From an uncultured bacterium (lineage in GTDB: Bacteria > Acidobacteriota > Thermoanaerobaculia > Multivoradales > JAHZIX01), in NCBI GenBank assembly GCA_965368975.1, contig CBDUPA010000008.1, positions 61,626 through 125,625 on the forward strand: a stretch of 64,000 bases of DNA, read 5' to 3'. Positions 1-8,194 of the stretch are shown here, piece by piece. The translations under genes were made by a program, and so were the position numbers. Below the pieces are notes generated by a model. That model was not told the origin of the DNA and searched no databases. It saw only the letters and a list, made by a program, of their open reading frames with translations. Every line of letters starts with the position of its first letter. Within the stretch, counting starts at the first letter, position 1.

Positions 1-1105
1 AGGCCAGGCCGCCGAGGCCGAGGCCTGCGAGCAGTGAGCCGATCTGGGCACCCATCTGCTGCAGCACGAAGAGCAAGCCGAAGGCCATGACGATCAGCTT
101 GGCTGATTTGCGAAACAGCGGCACCAGCAGGTCGTCGAGCTTGGACGCCGTGGTCGTGGCACGGCTCTCGAAGACGGCGCCGGCGACGTCGACGAGGCGA
201 TAGAGCAGCCATACCAGGGCGGCGGCGATGGCGGGCGTCACCAGCCAGTTGATCGGGTTGAGAACCCACAGCGGCAGGCTGAGCAGGCGTACGCCAAAGT
301 ACCAGACCAGCGTCATGGCGACGACGCCCAGCGGGCGAGTGACGCCGTGGAAGCGCTCCACCGCCTGCCAGCGGCGACGCAGGTAGCTGAGCAGGACGCG
401 GTCGGCGGCCCAGGTCACCAGGCGTTCGAGCAGCACACCGAGGACGGCCAGCAGGAGCAGACCGATCCACTGCCAGTGCTCGAGCAGGAAGACGCGTTGC
501 TGCAGGGGCTCGGGCATCTGCTCGCGCAGCCACAGCGGCAGCGTGCGGGGCGCCTCGGTGACGCCTTCCACCAGTTCTTGCATCTCGGTTGCCTGCCACA
601 GCTCGGGGATGGCTGCCACCGTCGCCGGGCTGAACAGCCACTCGCCCTGGTCGTTGGGGGCAATGACGATACTGCCCTCGGCTTGATCGAGGAAGACGAA
701 GGGGTCACCTTGGGCGTCGTCCGAGATCTCTTCGAACACGACGTACACCGTGCGGTCGATGATGTCCTTGAGCTGCGTCGCCAGATTGCCACCTTCGGTG
801 CCGGCCAGCGATGGCGGTAGCTCGCTCAAGTCGAGGCAGGCGGTGGCCTCGTCGAGTTGGACGCCGCCTTCGATAGCCGGGTCGAAGGCCTCCAGGAAGG
901 TGCGCATGGTGGCTCGCGCGGAACGGTGTGCATCGGGTACCGACGGTGCCGGCGCCGCGGTGGTCTCCGTGTCGGTCGCGGTACCGGCCGCATCGCCGGA
1001 TACCGGGGCCTGTTGGGCGCCGAGCGGGGTCGGCAGGCCGCACAGCAGCGGCAGGAGCGCGAGGACGAGGAGCAGAGCGAGGTGGGAGTGGGGACGGAGC
1101 TTCAA
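1..1105 (-). CDS. MscS-family mechanosensitive channel (N-terminal part only; C-terminus lies upstream of the window)
   Basis: Minus-strand frame not in the ORF track because it has a TTG start. TTG at 1105-1103 is preceded by AGGAGG. Translation gives a signal peptide (MKLRPHSHLALLLVLALLPLLCG), a periplasmic domain and TM helices. It ends at the window edge in QQMGAQIGSLLAGLGLGGLA, typical of the start of MscS TM3. Confidence 0.55.
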   Translation of the reverse strand, partial: MKLRPHSHLALLLVLALLPLLCGLPTPLGAQQAPVSGDAAGTATDTETTAAPAPSVPDAHRSARATMRTFLEAFDPAIEGGVQLDEATACLDLSELPPSLAGTEGGNLATQLKDIIDRTVYVVFEEISDDAQGDPFVFLDQAEGSIVIAPNDQGEWLFSPATVAAIPELWQATEMQELVEGVTEAPRTLPLWLREQMPEPLQQRVFLLEHWQWIGLLLLAVLGVLLERLVTWAADRVLLSYLRRRWQAVERFHGVTRPLGVVAMTLVWYFGVRLLSLPLWVLNPINWLVTPAIAAALVWLLYRLVDVAGAVFESRATTTASKLDDLLVPLFRKSAKLIVMAFGLLFVLQQMGAQIGSLLAGLGLGGLA

Positions 1106-1359
1106 GGATATTCCTCCTTCGGACCGGATGAGCGAGTTGCAGTGCGTGAGCGATGGGTACCACAGGCCTCCTGGCGTGTCAAAGCAGGTGGCTGTCTGCA
1201 CGGGGGTTCTCAGGTTCTCGGCGTCCGTCAGAGGACGGCCCGGATGGCGTTGCCAGGCTACTCGAGGCAAGTTTGCCTGACGGCGGGCTCCGGGGTAGAG
1301 TTCCGCCACCCCAGGTGTCCAGCCCTATCGCGGATCTTTCGAGACGAGGAGGAGAGAGC

Positions 1360-3360
1360 ATGAGCGACGAGAAACGCGGCCTGAGCCGCCAGGCTTACGA
1401 ACCGCTGAAGGAGGGCGAGACCTACCAGCCCTATGTGCCGGCGAGCCAGGAGCTGCCGGAGTTCAGCGTCAAGGCGGTAGTCGCGGGCATCGTGTTCGGC
1501 GTCCTCTTCGGTGCCGCGAACGCGTATCTGGGACTCAAGGCTGGTCTCACCATCTCGACGTCGATTCCGGTCGCGGTCATGACCATCGCCGCCTTCCGGG
1601 CTCTGGCCGCCATGGGGGGACGGACGAGCTTGCTGGAGGCCAACCAGGCGCAGACCATCGGCTCGGCTTCCAGCTCGGTGGCCAGCGGTGTCATCTTCAC
1701 CCTGCCGGCACTCTTCCTCTGGGGTCTCGATCCGTCTCTGCTGCAGATGACGCTCCTGGCCATGTGCGGCGGCCTGATCGGCGTGCTCTTCATGGTGCCG
1801 CTGCGCCGCTTCCTGATCGACCGTGAGCACGGCAAGCTGCCATATCCCGAGGGCACGGCTTGTGCCGAGGTGCTGGTGGCCAGCGAAGCGGGCGGCGCGC
1901 GCGCCCAGAACGTGTTCTGGGGGCTGGGGCTCGGGGCCCTGGTCAAGTTGCTGCTCGGCGGCCTCAAGCTGCTGCCCGAGACGGTCAAGTTCGCGGTTCC
2001 GGGCATCTACAAGGCTGAGTTGGGACTCAAGGCGTCACCGGCGCTGTTCGGCGTCGGCTTCATCCTTGGTCCGTACATTGCCACCATCATGGTCGGTGGC
2101 GGCCTGCTGGCGTCGCTGGTGATCATCCCGCTGATCGCCTGGTGGGGCGGCGATTTCGCCGTGCCGTTCTATCCGGAGACCGAGAAGCTGATCAGCGTCA
2201 TGGCGCCCGGCGAGCTGTGGAACCGATATGTGCGCTATGTCGGTGCGGGTGCGGTGGCCACGGCAGGCATCATCACCTTGGTGCGGAGCTTCCCGACCAT
2301 GCTTGAAAGCTTCCGCATCGGCACCGAACAACTGCGCTCGCGCATGGGTGGTGGCAGTGGCGAGGCCTCGCCACGCACAGCCCGAGATTTGCCGCTCGGC
2401 TTCATCGGAGCTGGCCTCGGCGTACTGATCCTGGTGATGGCGCTGGTACCGGCGGTGTTTGGCAATGTTGGTGGCCTGGGCATTCGGGTCGTGGCGGCGG
2501 TGCTGGTGACGGTCTGTGCCTTCTTCTTCGTCACCGTGTCGTCGCGCATCGTCGGTCTGGTCGGTGTGACGTCTAACCCGACGTCCGGCATGACCATCGC
2601 CTCGCTGCTGGCTACCGCGATGATCTTCCGCATCTTCGGCTGGACCGACATGAGCGGCATGGCGGCGGCGCTGACGGTCGGCTGTGTGGTAGCGATCGCG
2701 GCCTCGATCGCGGGCGATACGTCGCAGGACTTGAAGACGGGTTTCCTGCTGGGTGCGACACCGCGGCGGCAGCAGCTCGGCGAGCTGATCGGCGTGCTGA
2801 CCAGTGCAGCTTTCGTTTGCCTGACGGTGATCCTGCTCGCCCGTACCTATGGCTTCGGTACCGACGACCTACCGGCGCCGCAAGCGACGCTGATGAAGCT
2901 GGTGATCGAGGGCGTCCTCGAGAGTTCGCTGCCGTGGGGGCTGGTCGCTATCGGTGCCGGCATCGCGGTGGTTGCCGAGCTGGCGCGCATTCCCAGCCTG
3001 CCGTTCGCGGTCGGCGTCTACCTGCCAGTGTCGACCATGGTGCCGGTCTTTCTCGGTGGTCTGCTGCGCTGGTCGATGGAGCGACGCTCGGCCAACGACG
3101 AAGAGCGCGAGGAACGCAGGGAACAAGGCGTACTGCTGGGTTCCGGCCTGGTAGGCGGCGAGGGGCTGCTGGGTGTTGGCGTTGCGGCCTGGGCGTTGGC
3201 GCAAGGGGCGGCCCCGCAGGGCTTCGGCTCGGCCTGGGCCGGTGCCGCGGCACCTTGGCTGTCGGTCCTCGTGCTGGCTCTATTGGGCTGGGGCTTCCTC
3301 CGCTTGTGCCGAGCCTCTGGCCGGGCTGTTCGTAAGGCTGGCGACGGAGGAACAGAGTAA
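1360..3360 (+). CDS. OPT-superfamily oligopeptide transporter
   Basis: ATG at 1360 after a GAGGAGGAG RBS. Polytopic membrane protein with OPT-type motifs (GLKAGLTISTSIPVAVMTIAAFR, multiple TM segments), ~667 aa. Confidence 0.8.
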   Translation: MSDEKRGLSRQAYEPLKEGETYQPYVPASQELPEFSVKAVVAGIVFGVLFGAANAYLGLKAGLTISTSIPVAVMTIAAFRALAAMGGRTSLLEANQAQTIGSASSSVASGVIFTLPALFLWGLDPSLLQMTLLAMCGGLIGVLFMVPLRRFLIDREHGKLPYPEGTACAEVLVASEAGGARAQNVFWGLGLGALVKLLLGGLKLLPETVKFAVPGIYKAELGLKASPALFGVGFILGPYIATIMVGGGLLASLVIIPLIAWWGGDFAVPFYPETEKLISVMAPGELWNRYVRYVGAGAVATAGIITLVRSFPTMLESFRIGTEQLRSRMGGGSGEASPRTARDLPLGFIGAGLGVLILVMALVPAVFGNVGGLGIRVVAAVLVTVCAFFFVTVSSRIVGLVGVTSNPTSGMTIASLLATAMIFRIFGWTDMSGMAAALTVGCVVAIAASIAGDTSQDLKTGFLLGATPRRQQLGELIGVLTSAAFVCLTVILLARTYGFGTDDLPAPQATLMKLVIEGVLESSLPWGLVAIGAGIAVVAELARIPSLPFAVGVYLPVSTMVPVFLGGLLRWSMERRSANDEEREERREQGVLLGSGLVGGEGLLGVGVAAWALAQGAAPQGFGSAWAGAAAPWLSVLVLALLGWGFLRLCRASGRAVRKAGDGGTE

Positions 3361-3363
3361 CTG

Positions 3364-4479
3364 ATGGCCGGTGGGCGGAAGACGTCTCGGCGTCCAGAGA
3401 GCATCAGGGGTTCGTTCCTGGTGCGTGGTGCCGAGCTATCGCCGGGTTTCTTGCGTCGGAGCGTGCTGTTGGTCATTGCCCTTGTGGCCCTGGCCTGGTT
3501 CCTGTGGCCGAGTTCGCCACCGTCCGGAGTACTTCCGTCCGACCAGCCTGGTGAACCCTCGTCAGGCGTGTCTGCACCTGGTATGGCGTCTTCATCGTCT
3601 CCACCCAGGGCAAGGGAACTGCCAAGCGGTGTGACGCCTTCCGAGGTGCACACCGTGCAGCTCACCACGCCGACTTCGCAGCCGGTGGCGCCGACGGTTC
3701 CACTCACTCCGGCAGATTCGGAGCCCCAGGCGGAGTCTGCTGTCGCGGTACCCTCTTCCTCAGAACCGGGTCTCCCGGCCCGGGTCGAGCGTCTGCGGGT
3801 GCGTGTGCTGGGAGAGTACCCACACGACCGACAGGCTTTCACGCAGGGGCTGCTGTGGCACGACGGCACCTTGTATGAGAGCACCGGCGTCCACGGTCAA
3901 TCGACGCTGCGCCGAGTCGATCTGGCGACCGGCCAGTTGTTGCAGCGCTTGCCGCTGGCACAGAACTACTTCGCCGAGGGCCTGGAACGGGTCGGTGATC
4001 AGCTGGTCCAGCTCACCTGGCGCTCAGGCACGGCCCTGGTCTACGACCTGGAGACCTTTCGCCGCGTGACGTCGTTCCACTACCAGGGCGAGGGCTGGGG
4101 CCTGTGCTTCAACGGCCGTGAGCTGGTGATGAGCAACGGCAGCTCGCACCTGACGCTGCGCGATCCGGAGTCGTTCCAGGTGGTCGAGCGTGTCGAGGTG
4201 ACGCTCGAGCAGACGCCGCTGCGCTGGCTCAACGAACTCGAATGCGTCGGAGGGGTGGTCTACGCCAACATCTATCAGCAGGACTGGATCGCACGTATCG
4301 ATGGCCGCAGCGGTCGCGTCACCGCGGTCATCGACGCCAGTGGTCTGCTGCCCAACGAAGAGCGTAGGCAAGTCGACGTGCTCAACGGCATTGCGTACGT
4401 TCCCGAGCGGGACGTCTTCCTGCTGACTGGCAAATATTGGCCCAGGGTCTTCGAGGTCGTCTTCGAGCCCCAGCCGTGA
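3364..4479 (+). CDS. glutaminyl-peptide cyclotransferase (beta-propeller, plant/bacterial type) with N-terminal membrane anchor and Pro/Ser-rich linker
   Basis: C-terminal 260 aa match the glutamine cyclotransferase family pattern (FTQGLLWHDGTLYESTG, FAEGL, LTW, EGWGLCFNGRELVMSNGSS). The N-terminus has a TM helix and a low-complexity PS-rich segment. The start codon is uncertain. Confidence 0.65.
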   Translation: MAGGRKTSRRPESIRGSFLVRGAELSPGFLRRSVLLVIALVALAWFLWPSSPPSGVLPSDQPGEPSSGVSAPGMASSSSPPRARELPSGVTPSEVHTVQLTTPTSQPVAPTVPLTPADSEPQAESAVAVPSSSEPGLPARVERLRVRVLGEYPHDRQAFTQGLLWHDGTLYESTGVHGQSTLRRVDLATGQLLQRLPLAQNYFAEGLERVGDQLVQLTWRSGTALVYDLETFRRVTSFHYQGEGWGLCFNGRELVMSNGSSHLTLRDPESFQVVERVEVTLEQTPLRWLNELECVGGVVYANIYQQDWIARIDGRSGRVTAVIDASGLLPNEERRQVDVLNGIAYVPERDVFLLTGKYWPRVFEVVFEPQP

Positions 4480-4540
4480 ACTCGGAGCCTTCAGCCGTGA
4501 ACTCGGAGCCTTCAGCCGTGAACTCGGAGCCTTCAGCCAT
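4471..4540. repeat. 21-bp tandem direct repeat x3.3 (CAGCCGTGAACTCGGAGCCTT)
   Basis: Three perfect 21-bp copies at 4471-4533 plus a partial fourth. The stop codon of the upstream cyclase gene lies inside copy 1 and recurs in frame in each copy. Confidence 0.9.
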
Positions 4541-4698
4541 GAGGTTCTCATCTGGTTGCCCCTACCTCGTCGAGCTTCGGCTTGATAGCCTTCGAGCGGC
4601 GAGTCTCGAGGCGCCACCCGATCCATACAAGGCCTGATCCAGATACCAGATACCAGATACCGACAGATCCAGACACCACAGGGAGGATGCGTAGCATC

Positions 4699-5754
4699 AT
4701 GAGTGATTCGCAGTGGTATGTAGCCGTACAGGGGCAGCAGCAGGGACCGATGAGCGCTGCCGAAGTGGTCGCAGGCGTACAGGCCGGTCGATTCGACCGT
4801 GGTGCCCACGTCTTCACGCAGGGCATGGCGGCCTGGGAGCCGATCACCTCGCGTGCTGAATTCAGTTCCGCTTTCAGTGCCGCGCCGCCGCCAGCGCCAG
4901 GATTGAGCCCGCCTCCGGTACCGGCGGCAGGACATTTGGCCTCGGGTCGACAAGCGCACGAGATCGACTTCGAGATCCTGGGCAGCGAGATGCAGATGGT
5001 CGAGATCACGCTCGATCCGCAGGAAGCCTGCGTCGCGGAAGCTGGCGCCTTCATGTACATGGACCCGAGCGTGCAGATGGAGACCGTCTTCGGTGACGGC
5101 TCGGACAAGGACAGCGAGGGTGGTTTCATGGGCAAGCTTCTGGGCGCTGGCAAGCGCCTGATCACCGGCGAGTCGCTGTTCATGACGGTGTTCGCCAACC
5201 AGGGTGGTCAGCGCCAGGTGGTGGCCTTCGGTGCACCCTATCCGGGCAAGATCATCGATCTCGACCTGGCCAAGCACGGCGGTGCGATCATTTGCCAGAA
5301 GGATGCCTTCCTGTGTGCCGCCAAGGGGGTTTCGGTCGGCATCGCCTTCCAGCGCAAGATCATGACGGGTCTGTTCGGCGGTGAGGGTTTCATCATGCAG
5401 AAGCTCGAGGGCGACGGCCTGGCCTTCGTGCATGCCGGCGGTACCATCGTGCGCCGGGACCTGGCACCAGGGGAAACCCTGAGGGTTGACACCGGTTGTC
5501 TGGTGGCACTGGAACAGCAGGTGAGCTACGACGTGCAGCCGGTGCGTGGCGTCAAGAGCATGATCTTCGGCGGTGAGGGACTGTTCTTCGCCACGCTGAC
5601 CGGTCCGGGCAAGATTTGGCTGCAGTCGCTACCGTTCAGCCGTCTGGCCGGCCGAATCTACCGTGCCGCGCCGCAGACCGGTGGTTCGCGGAAAGGCGAA
5701 GGTTCGATCCTCGACGCCGTCGGTGGTCTGGGCAATCTCCTCGACGGCGACTGA
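4699..5754 (+). CDS. DUF4339 (GYF-like) domain fused to AIM24/TIGR00266 (DUF124) family domain protein
   Basis: N-terminus [44 protein letters not shown] fits the DUF4339 pattern (WY..G..GP....vW..GM..W). The C-terminal 230 aa fit the AIM24 family (GEsLFmTvF.g.G.v.f..p.pGki.dL.l...ii.QkdAFL.a...V...i.....gGEGfi.qkLeGdG..f.hagG..v...L.pGE.l.vDtG.lVA......ydvQ...g.ks..fGGEGlF.[13 protein letters not shown]). Start taken at ATG 4699 (GGGAGG 12 nt upstream); ATG 4687 is an alternative. Confidence 0.75.
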   Translation: MSDSQWYVAVQGQQQGPMSAAEVVAGVQAGRFDRGAHVFTQGMAAWEPITSRAEFSSAFSAAPPPAPGLSPPPVPAAGHLASGRQAHEIDFEILGSEMQMVEITLDPQEACVAEAGAFMYMDPSVQMETVFGDGSDKDSEGGFMGKLLGAGKRLITGESLFMTVFANQGGQRQVVAFGAPYPGKIIDLDLAKHGGAIICQKDAFLCAAKGVSVGIAFQRKIMTGLFGGEGFIMQKLEGDGLAFVHAGGTIVRRDLAPGETLRVDTGCLVALEQQVSYDVQPVRGVKSMIFGGEGLFFATLTGPGKIWLQSLPFSRLAGRIYRAAPQTGGSRKGEGSILDAVGGLGNLLDGD

Positions 5755-5801
5755 ACCGAGCCCGGTGCCATACCGGTGAAAATGCTCAGGGTCGCAGCGG
5801 T

Positions 5802-6110
5802 TCAAGAGACGGCTTCGACCTTGAGCATGCGCGCGTAGGCAGTGCGCAAGGTCTCTGGCAAGTCCAGGGAGGCGAACATGGTGCGCACCTCGTCGCGGCT
5901 GACGAAGGTCCAGATGTCTTCCCATTGCGCGTAGCGCAGCATGTTGGACACCGCCCAGGCCCGTCGCTCGGCGTCGTTTCCGCTCAGAATCTGCCGCAGC
6001 TCCGTGGCCGAGATCTCGGACTCGGGGAAGAAATACAGCGGCGAACCGGCTTGGTCTCGCGGGGGAGACGGAGCGGCGGTGCTGGCGACGTCGGCTTCGG
6101 TTCTTGCCAT
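5802..6110 (-). CDS. hypothetical protein (103 aa)
   Basis: Minus-strand ORF with genome-typical GC3-rich codon usage. ATG at 6110 chosen over the longer ORF that would overlap tRNA-Gly. No recognisable family. Confidence 0.4.
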   Translation of the reverse strand: MARTEADVASTAAPSPPRDQAGSPLYFFPESEISATELRQILSGNDAERRAWAVSNMLRYAQWEDIWTFVSRDEVRTMFASLDLPETLRTAYARMLKVEAVS

Positions 6111-6217
6111 GGCACCTGGAAGTATAGCCTTTCGGGAGTGTCGGGCCAAGAGATGCCTTATCTGTGCCGTGGGCTTGACCGCGATGCCCGTGTCGGATAG
6201 ATTTTTCTTCTGCTGAG

Positions 6218-6291
6218 CGGGCATAACTCAGTGGTAGAGTGCAAGCTTCCCAAGCTTGAGGTCGCGGGTTCGACCCCCGTTGCCCGCTCCA
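6218..6291 (+). tRNA. tRNA-Gly (anticodon CCC)
   Basis: Cloverleaf read by hand: acceptor GCGGGCA/TGCCCGC, D-arm TAACTCAGTGGTAGAGT, anticodon stem GCAAGC with loop TTCCCAA (anticodon CCC), T-arm GCGGGTTCGACCCCCGT, discriminator T then encoded CCA. Confidence 0.9.
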
Positions 6292-6385
6292 TTTTCTTCT
6301 CTCCGGCCAGCCCTGAAGACAGCCTTGCCAGCCATGGAAGTTTCATGGCGCAAAAGCGCGAGCAGCCCACGGAAAGCGAAGGTAC

Positions 6386-7054
6386 ATGAACTTCTTCAAG
6401 CGTGATTCGGGTCCGTCCTCGTCCACCGCAGTCACCACCTCCAGCCACCGCGAAGCGCCGTCACCAGATCGGGCTGGAGGCAAGCAGGCCGCCACCTACA
6501 TCGCCGCCGGTTCGCGCATGGAAGGTGAAATTACCGGTTCCGCCGAGGTCTTGGTGGACGGCGAATTTCACGGGCAATTGCGGTTGGACAGTGCCGTCGT
6601 GGTTGGCCGCGAAGGGCGCATCCAGGGCGAGATTCAGGCGCGATCAGTGCGCATCGAGGGCCGAGTGAACGGCAACGTGAGCGCCAAAGAGCGGGTCGAA
6701 GTCGTCTCTTCGGCGAGCCTCGAAGGCGACATTTCGGCCGCTCGAGTCTCGGTCGCCGAGGGTGCCTTCTTCAAGGGTAACGTCGAGATGGGCAGCGACA
6801 AGCCGGGGGCTGCCAAGGGCAGTTCGAGTGGCAAGTCCCCTTTGACCCACGTCCAAGATGCGGACGCGTCACGGTCGTCGTCCCCATCGGATGGCGCGGG
6901 ACGGGTTGGTGCGGAACAGGGCAGTTCTGGTTCCAAGTCGGCCGCTTCGGCGACGGAGAGTTCCGGGAAGAATCGCTCGGGACAGGACAAGCCGGGACAG
7001 GGGCCTTCCGGACCGGGTAACGCTGGCCAGGGTAAGAGAAAGGGCGGACGATGA
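6386..7054 (+). CDS. bactofilin (DUF583/CcmA family) with disordered C-terminal tail
   Basis: Beta-helical bactofilin repeats ([87 protein letters not shown]) followed by a Gly/Ser-rich tail. The stop overlaps the ald start (ATGA). Confidence 0.8.
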   Translation: MNFFKRDSGPSSSTAVTTSSHREAPSPDRAGGKQAATYIAAGSRMEGEITGSAEVLVDGEFHGQLRLDSAVVVGREGRIQGEIQARSVRIEGRVNGNVSAKERVEVVSSASLEGDISAARVSVAEGAFFKGNVEMGSDKPGAAKGSSSGKSPLTHVQDADASRSSSPSDGAGRVGAEQGSSGSKSAASATESSGKNRSGQDKPGQGPSGPGNAGQGKRKGGR

Positions 7055-8172
7055 AGGTTGGAATTCCGAAGGAAGTCAAGGACCACGAGTACCGTGTCGG
7101 TATGATTCCGGCCGCGGTGCACGCCTTGGTGGACGCCGGGCACGAGGTGTTGGTGCAAGCTAGCGCCGGCCTCGGTAGCGACATCTCGGATCAAGAGTAC
7201 ATTGATGCCGGTGCGCGCGTCGCCGACGACGCCGAGACCGTTTGGCGATCCTCGGAGATGATCATCAAGGTCAAGGAGCCGGTCGAGTCTGAGTTCGATT
7301 TGCTCCAGCCGCGCCAGGTTCTATTCACCTACCTGCATCTGGCGCCGCTGCGCGAACTGACCGACGTGCTGCTCGAGCGCGAGGTCAGCGGTATCGCCTA
7401 CGAAACGATCACGGACGCGCGCGGTCACCTACCGCTGTTGACACCCATGTCGGAAGTGGCGGGTCGCATGGCAGCCTTGGCCGGTGCCAACTACTTGCAG
7501 CGTCGTTTCGGTGGTCGTGGGACCTTGCTCTGCGGTGTCCCGGGCGTGCCGCCGGGGGACGTCGTGATCATTGGCGGTGGCATCGTCGGTATCAACGCCG
7601 CCAAGGTGGCCCTGGGCTTCGGCGCCCGGGTGTCGATCCTCGACACCAATCTCGACAAGCTACGCTCCATCGACGATCTCTTCGACGGCCAGGTCACCAC
7701 GCTGGCCAGCAACCACCACAACATCCGCGCTGCACTGAGCCGTGCCGACGTGCTGATCGGCGCCGTGCTGATCCCGGGTTCGGCGGCCCCCAAGCTGGTG
7801 AGTCGCGAGATGCTGGGTGGAATGAAGCGCGGCTCCGTGGCGGTCGATGTCGCCGTCGACCAAGGGGGTTGTTTCGAGACCACGCGGCCGACGACGCACT
7901 CAGACCCAGTCTACGAAGAGGAAGGTGTCGTCCACTACTGCGTCTCGAATATGCCGGGTGCGGTGCCACGGACCTCGACCTTCGCGCTCAACAACGCGAC
8001 GATGCCCTATGCCCTCGACCTGGCCAACAAGGGCACCATCCGCGCGGTGCGTGAGAATCCCGGCCTCTACGGCGGTGTCAACACCTACCGCGGTCACATC
8101 ACCTGCCAGCCGGTGGCGGAGTCGCAGAACCAGCCGTACAAGCCGCTCAGCGAGTTGCTCGAGCTGCACTGA
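7051..8172 (+). CDS. ald: alanine dehydrogenase
   Basis: [21 protein letters not shown]..., NAD-binding [24 protein letters not shown], 373 aa. Classic AlaDH architecture. Confidence 0.9.
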   Translation: MKVGIPKEVKDHEYRVGMIPAAVHALVDAGHEVLVQASAGLGSDISDQEYIDAGARVADDAETVWRSSEMIIKVKEPVESEFDLLQPRQVLFTYLHLAPLRELTDVLLEREVSGIAYETITDARGHLPLLTPMSEVAGRMAALAGANYLQRRFGGRGTLLCGVPGVPPGDVVIIGGGIVGINAAKVALGFGARVSILDTNLDKLRSIDDLFDGQVTTLASNHHNIRAALSRADVLIGAVLIPGSAAPKLVSREMLGGMKRGSVAVDVAVDQGGCFETTRPTTHSDPVYEEEGVVHYCVSNMPGAVPRTSTFALNNATMPYALDLANKGTIRAVRENPGLYGGVNTYRGHITCQPVAESQNQPYKPLSELLELH

Positions 8173-8194
8173 TCGCCCCCGTCCGAGTCGGTAG

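Noticed and set aside
347-1363. Several listed ORFs (347-820 +, 415-792 -, 705-1163 -, 750-1280 +, 857-1363 +) overlapping the first kilobase
   Set aside because: Low-complexity Arg/Ala/Pro-rich translations typical of off-frame reads in GC-rich DNA. The coherent product is the minus-strand MscS-like frame, which starts with TTG and is therefore absent from the ATG-based track.
4471-4540. CRISPR array hypothesis for the tandem repeats (also 14790-14849 and 60127-60205)
   Set aside because: The units are immediately adjacent with no unique spacers, and are 15-21 bp long. These are simple tandem repeats, not CRISPR.
4024-5433. 469-aa minus-strand ORF including LKAPSSR x3 repeats
   Set aside because: Antisense to the well-supported DUF4339::AIM24 gene. 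Its repeat is just the reverse reading of the 21-bp DNA tandem repeat. No domain signal.
6158-6448. 96-aa minus-strand ORF spanning tRNA-Gly
   Set aside because: It overlaps the tRNA gene entirely and gives a junk-like translation. The longer 5802-6224 ORF variant is rejected for the same reason, in favour of the start at 6110.
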